Shown: positions 27,963-36,118 of the stretch, in pieces
How the letters are laid out: every line of letters begins with the position of its first letter
How positions within the stretch are numbered: the stretch's first letter is position 1
Assembly: GCA_040757625.1 (NCBI GenBank)
Contig: JBFLWU010000008.1
Coordinates: 7,865-71,864, forward strand
From: Thermodesulfobacteriota bacterium
GTDB lineage: Bacteria; Desulfobacterota; Desulfobacteria; Desulfobacterales; JARGFK01
Length of the DNA stretch: 64,000 bases
Direction: 5' to 3'
The notes under the pieces: generated by a model
Seen by the model: only the letters and a program-made list of their open reading frames with translations
Databases searched by the model: none
Told to the model about the DNA's origin: nothing
Program-made: the position numbers and the translations under genes

Positions 27963-27964
27963 TT

Positions 27965-28525
27965 TTAAACTCCTTTTTCTGCATTCCGACCATTACGAAT
28001 TGTTTCGGGTTTACGGCTGCCGCCCTGAACAGAGACGTCCTTCTGATTGAGTGCCTTCTTCTCATCTTCTTCGGCTACGGTGTCTTTATCTTTACGAATC
28101 TGCCTGATCATGTATTTATCAACGGCACTGTGAACGGTTGCCGCCGCAAGAAAAGCGCAATGCTCTACTTCCTGGGGCAGCCTGCCGATTGCATTAACAA
28201 TCGTTTCGGCGCTGATTTCTAAAAGTTCTTCGGGACTCTTTCCGATAGACAGTTCGGCCGCATATGACCCGCAGACAATACTGGGGGCGCAACCGTCCGT
28301 TTGAAAAGAGGCTTTTTCGACTGAGCCTTTCCTAAACTTTAATGAAATACAAATCGTGTCGCCGCAGGCCCCTTTCATGGATGTAGAGACGTCCGCACCC
28401 TCCAATACCCCCATGTACAGGGGGTGTTGCCATCGCTGCAAAAATGCGTCCCCATAATTTTCGCGCGCCTGTTTGAGCATCTCTTCTTGAAATTTCTGGA
28501 TAAAGACATCTATATCGCCGCTCAT
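27965..28525 (-). CDS. NifU/IscU-N-terminal-like Fe-S scaffold protein
   Basis: Three scaffold Cys contexts (GACGD, DGCAPSI, EHCAFLAA). Charged low-complexity C-terminal tail. Confidence 0.78.
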   Translation of the reverse strand: MSGDIDVFIQKFQEEMLKQARENYGDAFLQRWQHPLYMGVLEGADVSTSMKGACGDTICISLKFRKGSVEKASFQTDGCAPSIVCGSYAAELSIGKSPEELLEISAETIVNAIGRLPQEVEHCAFLAAATVHSAVDKYMIRQIRKDKDTVAEEDEKKALNQKDVSVQGGSRKPETIRNGRNAEKGV

Positions 28526-28580
28526 GCCAACCGTGTCTCACTTTCATTTAAAATAAGTTTGCTTGCCGTAATGAACACAG

Positions 28581-28934
28581 TCAGTGTGCTGTGTCGGTTT
28601 TTTTACATCCCGGCATTAAAAATTTTGATTGATTGAGCGCACCCTTAAAATACGCCCCTAATATTTCTTCCACCGGTCCGGCTATTCCCGGAATAATATG
28701 AATACCCGACACCGCCAGCATATCTGAAAAAGTCCGCGAAACAGCCCCGCAAATGAGAACATCAATATTCAGCCGGCTGATCCGAAAACATCTTCGAGAT
28801 ATTTCAAGTTCGTCTAAAATGGCCTCCATTCGTTTGATTTCATTCTGGTTATGCGTTTCAACAATCAACAGTTTTGCGGCAGTATCCAGTACCGGGGAAA
28901 CTTTATCCTCCCAGATCGGAACAGCGATTTTCAT
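28581..28934 (-). CDS. NifX/NifB-like (COG1433) protein, third subtype
   Basis: MKIAVPIWEDKVSPVLDTA...VLICGAVS...GIHIIPGIAG. Start moved to MKIAVP. Confidence 0.68.
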   Translation of the reverse strand: MKIAVPIWEDKVSPVLDTAAKLLIVETHNQNEIKRMEAILDELEISRRCFRISRLNIDVLICGAVSRTFSDMLAVSGIHIIPGIAGPVEEILGAYFKGALNQSKFLMPGCKKTDTAH

Positions 28935-28987
28935 GGCCGATTTCCTTCCAACCAAATTTGTTCCATATGTTTAGAATGTCTTTAGGC

Positions 28988-29515
28988 CTATGATTTGCCT
29001 CTTCCAAAACCCTTGTTGCTGCCGCCACCCATGCCTCTGCCGCCACCCATGCCTCTGCCGCCGCCCATGCCTCTGCCGACGCCCATGCCGCGACCCATCC
29101 CCATGCCCCCACCGCCGGCCTGCGATCGAACACTCCCATTAGACCCGACACTGCCAATTCCATAAAACTCAGAGACGGGGGCCGTCTTTGTTTCCTCTAG
29201 TTCTCCTTGCTTAAACCGTGTGACGGCATGGTTAATGGTCCCGTCTTGACCGGTAATTAATTTAATTCCGGCAGCCGAAAGCGTATTAATCGCATTGGGT
29301 CCACAGTTTCCGGTGATCACAACCTTGGCCCCTTTTGCGGCCACAAACTGGGCCGATTGGATCCCGGCTCCACCGCCCAAGCCGGCGCTTTCATTTTCAA
29401 AGGCCTCAATACTCATATCGTCCGTCTCTACGATGGCAAAATAAGCGCACCTGCCGAAGCGTTGATCGATCAGTGAATCCAAATTTTTCCCGGTGGAGCT
29501 GACAGCAATTTTCAT
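28988..29515 (-). CDS. NifX/NifB-like (COG1433) protein with C-terminal Gly-Arg-Gly-Met repeat tail
   Basis: N-terminal 115 aa are paralogous to the 33070-33432 product (MKIAVSSTG...FGRCAYFAIVE...ITGNCGPNA). The tail reads GGGGMGMGRGMGVGRGMGGGRGMGGGRGMGGG. Confidence 0.8.
   Translation of the reverse strand: MKIAVSSTGKNLDSLIDQRFGRCAYFAIVETDDMSIEAFENESAGLGGGAGIQSAQFVAAKGAKVVITGNCGPNAINTLSAAGIKLITGQDGTINHAVTRFKQGELEETKTAPVSEFYGIGSVGSNGSVRSQAGGGGMGMGRGMGVGRGMGGGRGMGGGRGMGGGSNKGFGRGKS
29024..29113. repeat. 18-bp tandem coding repeat (about 5 units) encoding the (GRGMGG)n tail
   Basis: gccacccatgcctctgcc x2, then gccgcccatgcctctgcc, then two degenerate units. Lies in frame within the 28988-29515 CDS. 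Confidence 0.8.
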
Positions 29516-29530
29516 TATGAATCCCCTTTA

Positions 29531-29773
29531 TTATTTACGCAGACATCCGGCTTGCGTTGAACAGGGAGCTGTTTCGCAGCGTTCCTCCCGGCCGCAACAC
29601 GTATGCCCCCGAGTTGGTTTCCACTCCGAGCGCAAAACAGTTGCAGCCGACAAAATCCGTACCACACCCGGACTGCCGCAATGCCTGCATGTAATTGTTT
29701 CGCCTTGCTCCGGGCCCAACAAGTACTCTGATATCGTCCCGCAATGTCTGCATCTAAATTCGTAAATCGGCAT
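29531..29773 (-). CDS. FmdB-family zinc-ribbon protein
   Basis: MPIYEFRCRHCG...TCRHCGS (CxxC...CxxC) is the hallmark N-terminus. Cys-rich tail. Confidence 0.75.
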   Translation of the reverse strand: MPIYEFRCRHCGTISEYLLGPEQGETITCRHCGSPGVVRILSAATVLRSEWKPTRGHTCCGREERCETAPCSTQAGCLRK

Positions 29774-29830
29774 TTAAAACCGCCTATCACATTTTTTAAT
29801 GAAATAACCGTCTATGATATTTCCTTTCTT

Positions 29831-29850
29831 CCCTCCCCCCGGGGGGAGGG
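29831..29850. other. perfect 20-bp GC palindrome in the predicted 5' leader of the minus-strand operon
   Basis: ccctccccccggggggaggg, located between the sigma-54 promoter candidate (29916-29930) and the first start codon (29773). Confidence 0.7.
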
Positions 29851-29915
29851 AAGCGGCAAAGGAGGTATCAGGGATCTGGCGAACCAAAACCCCAGCCAGT
29901 CATTTACACAGAGAA

Positions 29916-29930
29916 GCATTTTCCATGCCA
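29916..29930 (-). promoter_or_regulatory. sigma-54 (-24/-12) promoter candidate for the zinc-ribbon to NifX-like/cooS operon
   Basis: The minus strand reads TGGCATGGAAAATGC (GG-N10-GC spacing correct), about 143 nt upstream of the 29773 start. A sigma-54 activator gene is adjacent. Confidence 0.55.
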
Positions 29931-30272
29931 GCCATTCTCGGGTAAAGTCTACCGCTGCGAGGTCTGCTGATAGGGTTCAAGACGGTGCAAACATAACTGG
30001 ACGGGCGCTGTAATACCGGCGAGAAATAAAAGGGGCAACAGGCGGAACGCCCCTCGCCAGCACGTCGAGGGGTGTTCAACTTTAAAAGGAGTTAAATCTG
30101 AGCGGCTGCGGTCGTCAGCCGGACTGAATCCGAAATCCAGAAGTCCAAGAAAAGAATTAAACACCCGGATTCCGGCTCTGTGGCCGGAAAGACATGTTAC
30201 TAAGCGACACCATAAAATTGCTTTGTTTAGAGGCGGGCGGTTTTCATCATCTTCCGCCAGGCCGCGGCATTA

Positions 30273-30317
30273 TTGCAAAAATGCAACTATCTGCAAAATA
30301 ATTTTGCAATCGTGCAA
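30273..30317. promoter_or_regulatory. array of TGCA-based palindromes (candidate enhancer/UAS for the adjacent sigma-54 activator)
   Basis: TTGCAaaaaTGCAA (30273-30286), TGCAAAATaATTTTGCA (30292-30308, perfect 17-bp palindrome), TTGCAatcgTGCAA (30304-30317). The outer sites are 31 bp apart. Confidence 0.45.
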
Positions 30318-30363
30318 TCATTTCAGCCTGACGGGCTGATGAAAAACAAGAATCGGGCGTCAG

Positions 30364-30437
30364 TCAAGGCGCGCGCTGATTCGACAGGCGCAGCCTGTTG
30401 GGCATATGTGAGCATTGGCGAGAACCGCGCCGCTGCA
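30364..30437. repeat. intergenic repeat, family A (divergent copy)
   Basis: tcaaggcgcgcgc...catatgtgagcattgg...gaaccgcgccgctgca. Same order of conserved blocks as the 7037-7112 core, with a compensatory GC stem. Confidence 0.5.
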
Positions 30438-30470
30438 TGACGGCCTTAAACGCAGTTTTTAAAAAGCCTG

Positions 30471-31859
30471 CTAAAAATTTTTTCCCAGCATGGCGCCTTG
30501 TCGGGGCGTTTCAATGTTCAACCGTTTGATTTTTCGCCAGAGTGTCGAGGCATGGACACCCATCTGCTTTGCGGTAGCGGCTTTATTCCAGTTGTTTTGC
30601 CGTAAAGATTCATAGATAAATCTTCGTTCAATTTCATTCCATGAATTGACCGCACCCTTCAGGCCTTCCGTTTCATTTTTCACCTTCATGCTCTCCGCCT
30701 TATGGATTACTTCCGGCAGGTGTTCAATTCCGATCAGACCATTTTTACACACCACGGTGCTGTATTCGATAATATTTTCCAATTCTCGAACATTGCCGGG
30801 GTAATCATACATCATCAAGACGGTTATGGCTTCCGGGGATATCCCTTGGATTTCCCTCCCGTTTAAGCGGTTGAACTTGCGGATAAAATGATCCGTCAGC
30901 AGCGGAATATCCTCCTTGCGTTCTCTTAATGGCGGCAGACAAAGTCTCACCACGTTGATTCGGTAATACAGGTCGTCGCGAAACACTCCCGTTTTTACCA
31001 GCAAATCCAAATTCTTGTTTGTGGCGGTCACGATGCGGACATTTGCTTTTTCCGTGCGGGTCCCCCCGAGCGGTTCATATGATTTTTCCTGCAAAACGCG
31101 CAGCAGCCTGACCTGCAGCATCGGCGAGATGTCGCCGATTTCATCTAGGAACAGGGTGCCGCCTTCGGCAAGGGCCAGACGTCCGGGTTTGTCTCTTTTG
31201 GCATCGGTAAAAGCGCCGGCTTTATATCCGAACAGCTCCGATTCAAGCAGGGTGTCAGGCAAAGAGACGCAATTAACGGTGATTAACGGACCCTTCTTAC
31301 GATGGCTGAGAGAATGGATGGCTTTGGCAAAAAGTTCTTTTCCGGTTCCGCTCTCTCCTTCCAGTAGAACAGTGGTGTCATTTTCGGATATCAATTCCAG
31401 CATTCCGAACAAATCGAGCATTTCTTTATTTTTACTGATGATATCCAGAAACGAATGCTGACCGGTTAACTCTTTACGCAATGCCTCCACCACGCTTAAA
31501 TCCCGAAAGGTTTCCACCCCCCCGATAACAGCGTCATTTTCGGCTTTTAAGATGGCGGTTGAAATGCTCACCGGCAGACGATTTCCCTCGGAATTTAAAA
31601 TATATATGGATTGATTCACAATGGGCCGGCGGGTTTCAATCGTCTGACGCAGGGCGCATCGCTGCTCACAGATGCTGGCTTTAAAAACCTCCCAGCAGTG
31701 TCGTTTCAGGGCTTCCTTTTTGCTGATTCCGGTTATTTTTTCAGCGGCCCTGTTAAAAGAGGTAATCCGCCAGTCCGCATCCACGGTAAATACCCCGTCG
31801 GCAATACTGTCCAGAATGACCTGGGTGGGCGTTTCAACCAGATGATGCATCTTTTCCAT
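30471..31859 (-). CDS. sigma-54-dependent transcriptional activator (PAS - AAA+ - Fis HTH)
   Basis: Cys-containing PAS (HCWEVFKASICEQRCAL), GESGTGKE Walker A, GAFTDA (GAFTGA variant), ELENII, C-terminal HTH AAKQMGVHASTLWRKIKRL. Confidence 0.9.
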   Translation of the reverse strand: MEKMHHLVETPTQVILDSIADGVFTVDADWRITSFNRAAEKITGISKKEALKRHCWEVFKASICEQRCALRQTIETRRPIVNQSIYILNSEGNRLPVSISTAILKAENDAVIGGVETFRDLSVVEALRKELTGQHSFLDIISKNKEMLDLFGMLELISENDTTVLLEGESGTGKELFAKAIHSLSHRKKGPLITVNCVSLPDTLLESELFGYKAGAFTDAKRDKPGRLALAEGGTLFLDEIGDISPMLQVRLLRVLQEKSYEPLGGTRTEKANVRIVTATNKNLDLLVKTGVFRDDLYYRINVVRLCLPPLRERKEDIPLLTDHFIRKFNRLNGREIQGISPEAITVLMMYDYPGNVRELENIIEYSTVVCKNGLIGIEHLPEVIHKAESMKVKNETEGLKGAVNSWNEIERRFIYESLRQNNWNKAATAKQMGVHASTLWRKIKRLNIETPRQGAMLGKNF

Positions 31860-31924
31860 TTTTAATGTTATATTTAAAAAATATTACGCCGGTGAACAGA
31901 TCATTATATGGCCGGCCGGCCCGA

Positions 31925-32827
31925 TCAGAAAGCCGACGTATTCATCGCGTCTTTAGGTGATGTGGCCGCTTCATTCCCTTTGGCTATTTTTCCGGCTATA
32001 TCGGTAAAGGCCACCGAGGTCGGGGAGTTCCCGTACTTTTCCTGAAATGATTCACCACTATCGCCGCAGGATACCAACTTTGGGTCAAAGGGGATTTTCC
32101 CGATAAAATTTATTCCGGCCGCCCGGGCGGTCCTTTCCCCTCCACCCGAACCGAACAGGTCGACCTCTTTACCGCAGTGGGGACAAATAAAACCGCTCAT
32201 ATTTTCAATGAGTCCCAGAATTTTCATTTTTACCGCCCGGCAAAAATTAATCGACTTTCTGACGTCGGCCAGGGAAACCTCCTGGGGCGTCGTCACGATA
32301 ATGGCCTTGGCGTCGGGAATCGTCTGGGCAACGGTCAGGGGTTCGTCGCCGGTCCCCGGCGGAGAATCGATAATCAGATAATCAAGTTCGCCCCAGTCCA
32401 CTTCGCCGACAAACTGCTTGATAGCCGAATATTTCAAGGGCCCCCGCCAGATGATGGCATCGTCCTTGTTGACGATCAAGGATTCGATGGAAACCGCCCG
32501 CAGATTTTCCGAATAGTGCATCGGGCTCAACTTGTTGTTTTTCCCGACATCCAACATGCCGCTTAACCCGAGCATCCTCGGTACATCCGGTCCGTGAATA
32601 TCCACATCCATCAGCCCCACCCGGTATCCCTTGTTGGCAAGCGCGATGGATAAATTGACGGACACGCTGGTTTTGCCGACCCCTCCTTTACCGCTCATTA
32701 CCAGAAATTTGTTTTTTATTTTTTCCAGTGATTTTTTGACGGATTTGTCCATCTCGGCTTGAGCGACGGATCTTTCCATCTCAGATTTGGATTGAATCTG
32801 AACCGTTCCTTTCCCACGAGCTTCCAT
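31925..32827 (-). CDS. Mrp/NBP35/ApbC-family Fe-S cluster carrier ATPase
   Basis: MSGKGGVGKTSVS P-loop, DSPPGTGDE, CPHCG motif. The exact start is uncertain because there are several in-frame Met codons. Confidence 0.87.
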   Translation of the reverse strand: MEARGKGTVQIQSKSEMERSVAQAEMDKSVKKSLEKIKNKFLVMSGKGGVGKTSVSVNLSIALANKGYRVGLMDVDIHGPDVPRMLGLSGMLDVGKNNKLSPMHYSENLRAVSIESLIVNKDDAIIWRGPLKYSAIKQFVGEVDWGELDYLIIDSPPGTGDEPLTVAQTIPDAKAIIVTTPQEVSLADVRKSINFCRAVKMKILGLIENMSGFICPHCGKEVDLFGSGGGERTARAAGINFIGKIPFDPKLVSCGDSGESFQEKYGNSPTSVAFTDIAGKIAKGNEAATSPKDAMNTSAF

Positions 32828-33069
32828 ATGAACCCTCTCCTCCTTATGTGAAAAATAATCTCAACAAATTAGTTCCAACCGGTCAATTCAAACCGTTTTC
32901 CCGTCCCGCCGGGATAAAGTGCCGGGACTCAGAGTAAATGTTGAAAATCGGATTCCCGCCGCAGTTTATCACCCCTTTTTAAACGGGTCGAGACCGAAAA
33001 AATCTAAACGCCGACTATATAGAACAAAGATCGTTCATGCAAGCAGGTAAAATATTCCCGGTTTCCTTC

Positions 33070-33432
33070 CTAAATCCAGTGCCCTTCCACATTGGGGTTT
33101 TCCGCCGGTTTTAACTTCCCGTCTTTATATTGCATAACAGCATCTTTCACACTGCCGCTGGCACCGGTGACTATTTCTACGCCGGCGTTCTGCAATAACT
33201 GAAACGCCTTGGGGCCGCAATTTCCGGTTATCAATACATCCACCTTGTTCTTGACGATGGTTTGTCCCGCCTGAATGCCCGCACCCTGGGGCAGGTTTAA
33301 GCTCTGGCTATTGTTCACAATGCTATACGCCATTGTTTCCGAATCCACCACAATAAAATATGGCGCCCGTCCGAAGCGCGGATCAATTTTTGCCCCCAAA
33401 TCATTACCTGTTGATGTTACCGCCAGTTTCAT
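33070..33432 (-). CDS. NifX/NifB-like (COG1433) protein, orange-protein-like size and type
   Basis: 120 aa. MKLAVTSTG...FGRAPYFIVVD...ITGNCGPKAFQLL. RBS gggag. Confidence 0.78.
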   Translation of the reverse strand: MKLAVTSTGNDLGAKIDPRFGRAPYFIVVDSETMAYSIVNNSQSLNLPQGAGIQAGQTIVKNKVDVLITGNCGPKAFQLLQNAGVEIVTGASGSVKDAVMQYKDGKLKPAENPNVEGHWI

Positions 33433-33469
33433 TGATCATCTCCCTGTTTGTTTTTCAAACAATTGTTCA

Positions 33470-33484
33470 GCAAAATTCATGCCA
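33470..33484 (-). promoter_or_regulatory. sigma-54 promoter candidate for the NifX-like/Mrp unit
   Basis: The minus strand reads TGGCATGAATTTTGC (GG-N10-GC), with the -12 element about 38 nt upstream of the 33432 ATG. Confidence 0.6.
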
Positions 33485-33535
33485 TTGACACTTGATAGAA
33501 TTATAAAGTATGTAGCACCCTAAGGGGATGTTCCT

Positions 33536-34702
33536 ATGACCGCTCTATCTGAATGGAAAATCGTGTTGGTGGATGATGAAGCGGATATCCGTGAAGTCAT
33601 GGCCATCGCTCTGGCTGATGCCGGATATGATGTCCACACGGCCTCCGATGGAAATGCCGGTATCCGTCTGTGCAAAACGGTTGCCCCCCAGATCGTCATC
33701 ACGGATATCCGCATGCCCGGGATGAACGGCATCCAGGTCCTGGAAACGATCAAAAAACAACATCCGGATATTGAGGTGATCGTTTTTACCGCTTTTGGTG
33801 AAATGGACCTGGCCATCCGGGCGCTTCAGCTGGATGCCTCTGATTTCATCACCAAGCCGGTCAACGACGACGCACTGCACATGGCATTGAAGCGTGCCCG
33901 GGACCGTTACAGCGCCCGCAAACAGCTCAAGGATTATACGGCCCTGCTTGAAAGAGAATATGCCGACCAAGCCCGCATCCTGCATCAGGACAAAATGATC
34001 TCCCTGGGAAGGCTGGCAGCCAGCGTGGTCCACGAGATCAACAACCCGCTTTCCGGGATCCTGAATTATGTCCGTCTGATGATTCGCATTCTCAACCGGG
34101 GACCGCTGAACCAAGAGCATCGGCAAAAATTCGGGCAGTACCTGAAGCTGGTTGAAACCGAAACGGGTCGTTGCTCCCAAATCGTTTCAAGTCTTCTGAC
34201 ATTTTCCCGCAAATCACCCCTGACCTTTGAGAGCGTATCCGTCCCCGATCTGATTGAACGCTGCATCCTTCTAAGCCAGCATAAACTTCAATTGCAGCAC
34301 ATCAGCCTGGAAACGCGGATCGATTCGAACATTCCGCCGGTTGAAGGGGACTTTAACCAGCTGCAGCAGTGTGTCATCAATCTGATTTTTAACGCCATCG
34401 ATGCCATGCCGGAAGGGGGAACCTTGACAATTGCGGGACACCATGAACCTGCCTCTTCACACGTCATCATTACAGTCACGGATACCGGGACCGGTATTTC
34501 CGAGGCGGATCTCCCGCATATTTTTGAACCGTTCTTCACCACTAAAAAGGAAGGCTACGGCGTGGGCCTGGGGCTTTCGACGGTCTACGGCATCATGGAG
34601 CGGCATAAGGGGACCGTTTCCGTGGAAAGCCAGCCGGGTAAAGGCAGCACGTTCAAACTTGAGCTGCCGGAAAAAATCAAGGATGTCGAAAAAGCGGGGT
34701 AG
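33536..34702 (+). CDS. hybrid receiver-histidine kinase (REC - HisKA - HATPase)
   Basis: REC (VLVDDEADIRE, VITDIRMPGMNG, DFITKP). H-box VVHEINNPLS. N/G boxes NLIFNAIDAM, DTGTGIS, GVGLGLS. Confidence 0.88.
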   Translation: MTALSEWKIVLVDDEADIREVMAIALADAGYDVHTASDGNAGIRLCKTVAPQIVITDIRMPGMNGIQVLETIKKQHPDIEVIVFTAFGEMDLAIRALQLDASDFITKPVNDDALHMALKRARDRYSARKQLKDYTALLEREYADQARILHQDKMISLGRLAASVVHEINNPLSGILNYVRLMIRILNRGPLNQEHRQKFGQYLKLVETETGRCSQIVSSLLTFSRKSPLTFESVSVPDLIERCILLSQHKLQLQHISLETRIDSNIPPVEGDFNQLQQCVINLIFNAIDAMPEGGTLTIAGHHEPASSHVIITVTDTGTGISEADLPHIFEPFFTTKKEGYGVGLGLSTVYGIMERHKGTVSVESQPGKGSTFKLELPEKIKDVEKAG

Positions 34703-34721
34703 AAATTCATTGCGGGATGAC

Positions 34722-36107
34722 TTAATACGTCAATTTCCCCTGGGCCAATTCCACCTTAAATCGTTTCATCTGGTTCCATACGGTCACACGGGAGACCCCC
34801 AAAAGCTCTGCTGCCAGGGATTGATTGCCGTTGGATTTCTCAAGCGCTTCTATCAGACGACGTTTTTTCATTTCACCCCTGTTCAGGGGGATTTTCTTGT
34901 CCTTTTTCTCCGATTTATTCTCCCCATAAATATTGGGCGGCAGGTGATACGGTTGAATGACCGAATCCTGACAGGTAACAAAGGCGTATTCAAAGGTGCT
35001 TCTTAACTCCCGCACGTTTCCCGGCCAGGAATATGCCATCAATATCCGCATGGCATCATTGCTGATCCCGTTGATTTTTTTATCGGTTTTAAGGCGGATT
35101 CTTCTGAAAAACGCCTCGGCCAAGATGGGGATATCTTCAATCCTCGCCCGCAAGGGGGGAACATGGATCGGTATCACATTGATCCGGTAAAAGAGATCTT
35201 CCCTGAAAAGTCCTTGCTCTACCTGCTCCTTCAGGTCTTTGTTGGTGGCGGATATAATCCGGACATTAACATGAATGGGTTGATTATCCCCCACGCGCTC
35301 GACAACTTTTTCTTCCAGAACCCGCAGCAGTTTCACCTGGGTTAAAACAGGCAAATCGCCGATCTCATCAAGAAAAATGCTCCCTTTCTGAGCAGCCTCA
35401 AATCTTCCGGCACGATTGCGAATGGCACCGGTATAGGCACCTTTGACATGCCCGAAGAGTTCGCTCTCGAGCAGCGCTTCATTTAATGACGCACAATTGA
35501 CTTTCACGTATGGATTGGAGTGGCGCTGACTGTTATCATGAATCGCTTTGGCCACCAGTTCCTTGCCGGTGCCGCTTTCACCAAAAATAATCACGGGCGC
35601 ATCCGATTGAGCCGCGTTGGCTATCAAATCAAACACCTGTTGCATGGGCCCGGAAACCCCCAGGATACCGTGAAAGCCGTTTTCCGATTGAAGTTCGCGG
35701 CGAAACGCCGCAATCTGATTGTCCTTTTCGACGATTTCGGTGATGTCCGTAACCGTTTCCACTGCGCCCATCACTTCGCCGGCGGAATCATACAAAAGAG
35801 AGGCATTCTTTAAAACGTGAATCAACCGGCCGCTTTTTTGAACAAACGTGCATCTGCGCATGTCCATGGAACCGGTCTTAAATAAAACACACCAGTGCTC
35901 CCCCTTATCGCGACGGGCAAATTCGAATATATTACAATTCAATATGGAGCAGGGCTTTCCCAGCATCTCATCTTTTGAATAACCGGTTATTCTTTCAATG
36001 GCCTTATTGACCGAGACAATGCATCCGCCCTTATCAACGATCATGACTCCGTCCTGGATCGTATCCACCACTTTCTTCCAATAGAGGTTCAACTCCTGTT
36101 CAAACAT
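34722..36107 (-). CDS. sigma-54-dependent transcriptional activator (PAS - AAA+ - Fis HTH)
   Basis: Cys-containing PAS, GESGTGKE, GAYTGA, C-terminal HTH AAELLGVSRVTVWNQMKRF. Divergent from the Hdr-like operon. Confidence 0.9.
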   Translation of the reverse strand: MFEQELNLYWKKVVDTIQDGVMIVDKGGCIVSVNKAIERITGYSKDEMLGKPCSILNCNIFEFARRDKGEHWCVLFKTGSMDMRRCTFVQKSGRLIHVLKNASLLYDSAGEVMGAVETVTDITEIVEKDNQIAAFRRELQSENGFHGILGVSGPMQQVFDLIANAAQSDAPVIIFGESGTGKELVAKAIHDNSQRHSNPYVKVNCASLNEALLESELFGHVKGAYTGAIRNRAGRFEAAQKGSIFLDEIGDLPVLTQVKLLRVLEEKVVERVGDNQPIHVNVRIISATNKDLKEQVEQGLFREDLFYRINVIPIHVPPLRARIEDIPILAEAFFRRIRLKTDKKINGISNDAMRILMAYSWPGNVRELRSTFEYAFVTCQDSVIQPYHLPPNIYGENKSEKKDKKIPLNRGEMKKRRLIEALEKSNGNQSLAAELLGVSRVTVWNQMKRFKVELAQGKLTY

Positions 36108-36118
36108 TAAATTTCTCC

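Noticed and set aside
29024-29113. Possible CRISPR or minisatellite because of regular 18-bp repeats.
   Set aside because: The repeats are contiguous without spacers and lie in frame inside a CDS, encoding the GRGMGG tail. No cas genes are present.
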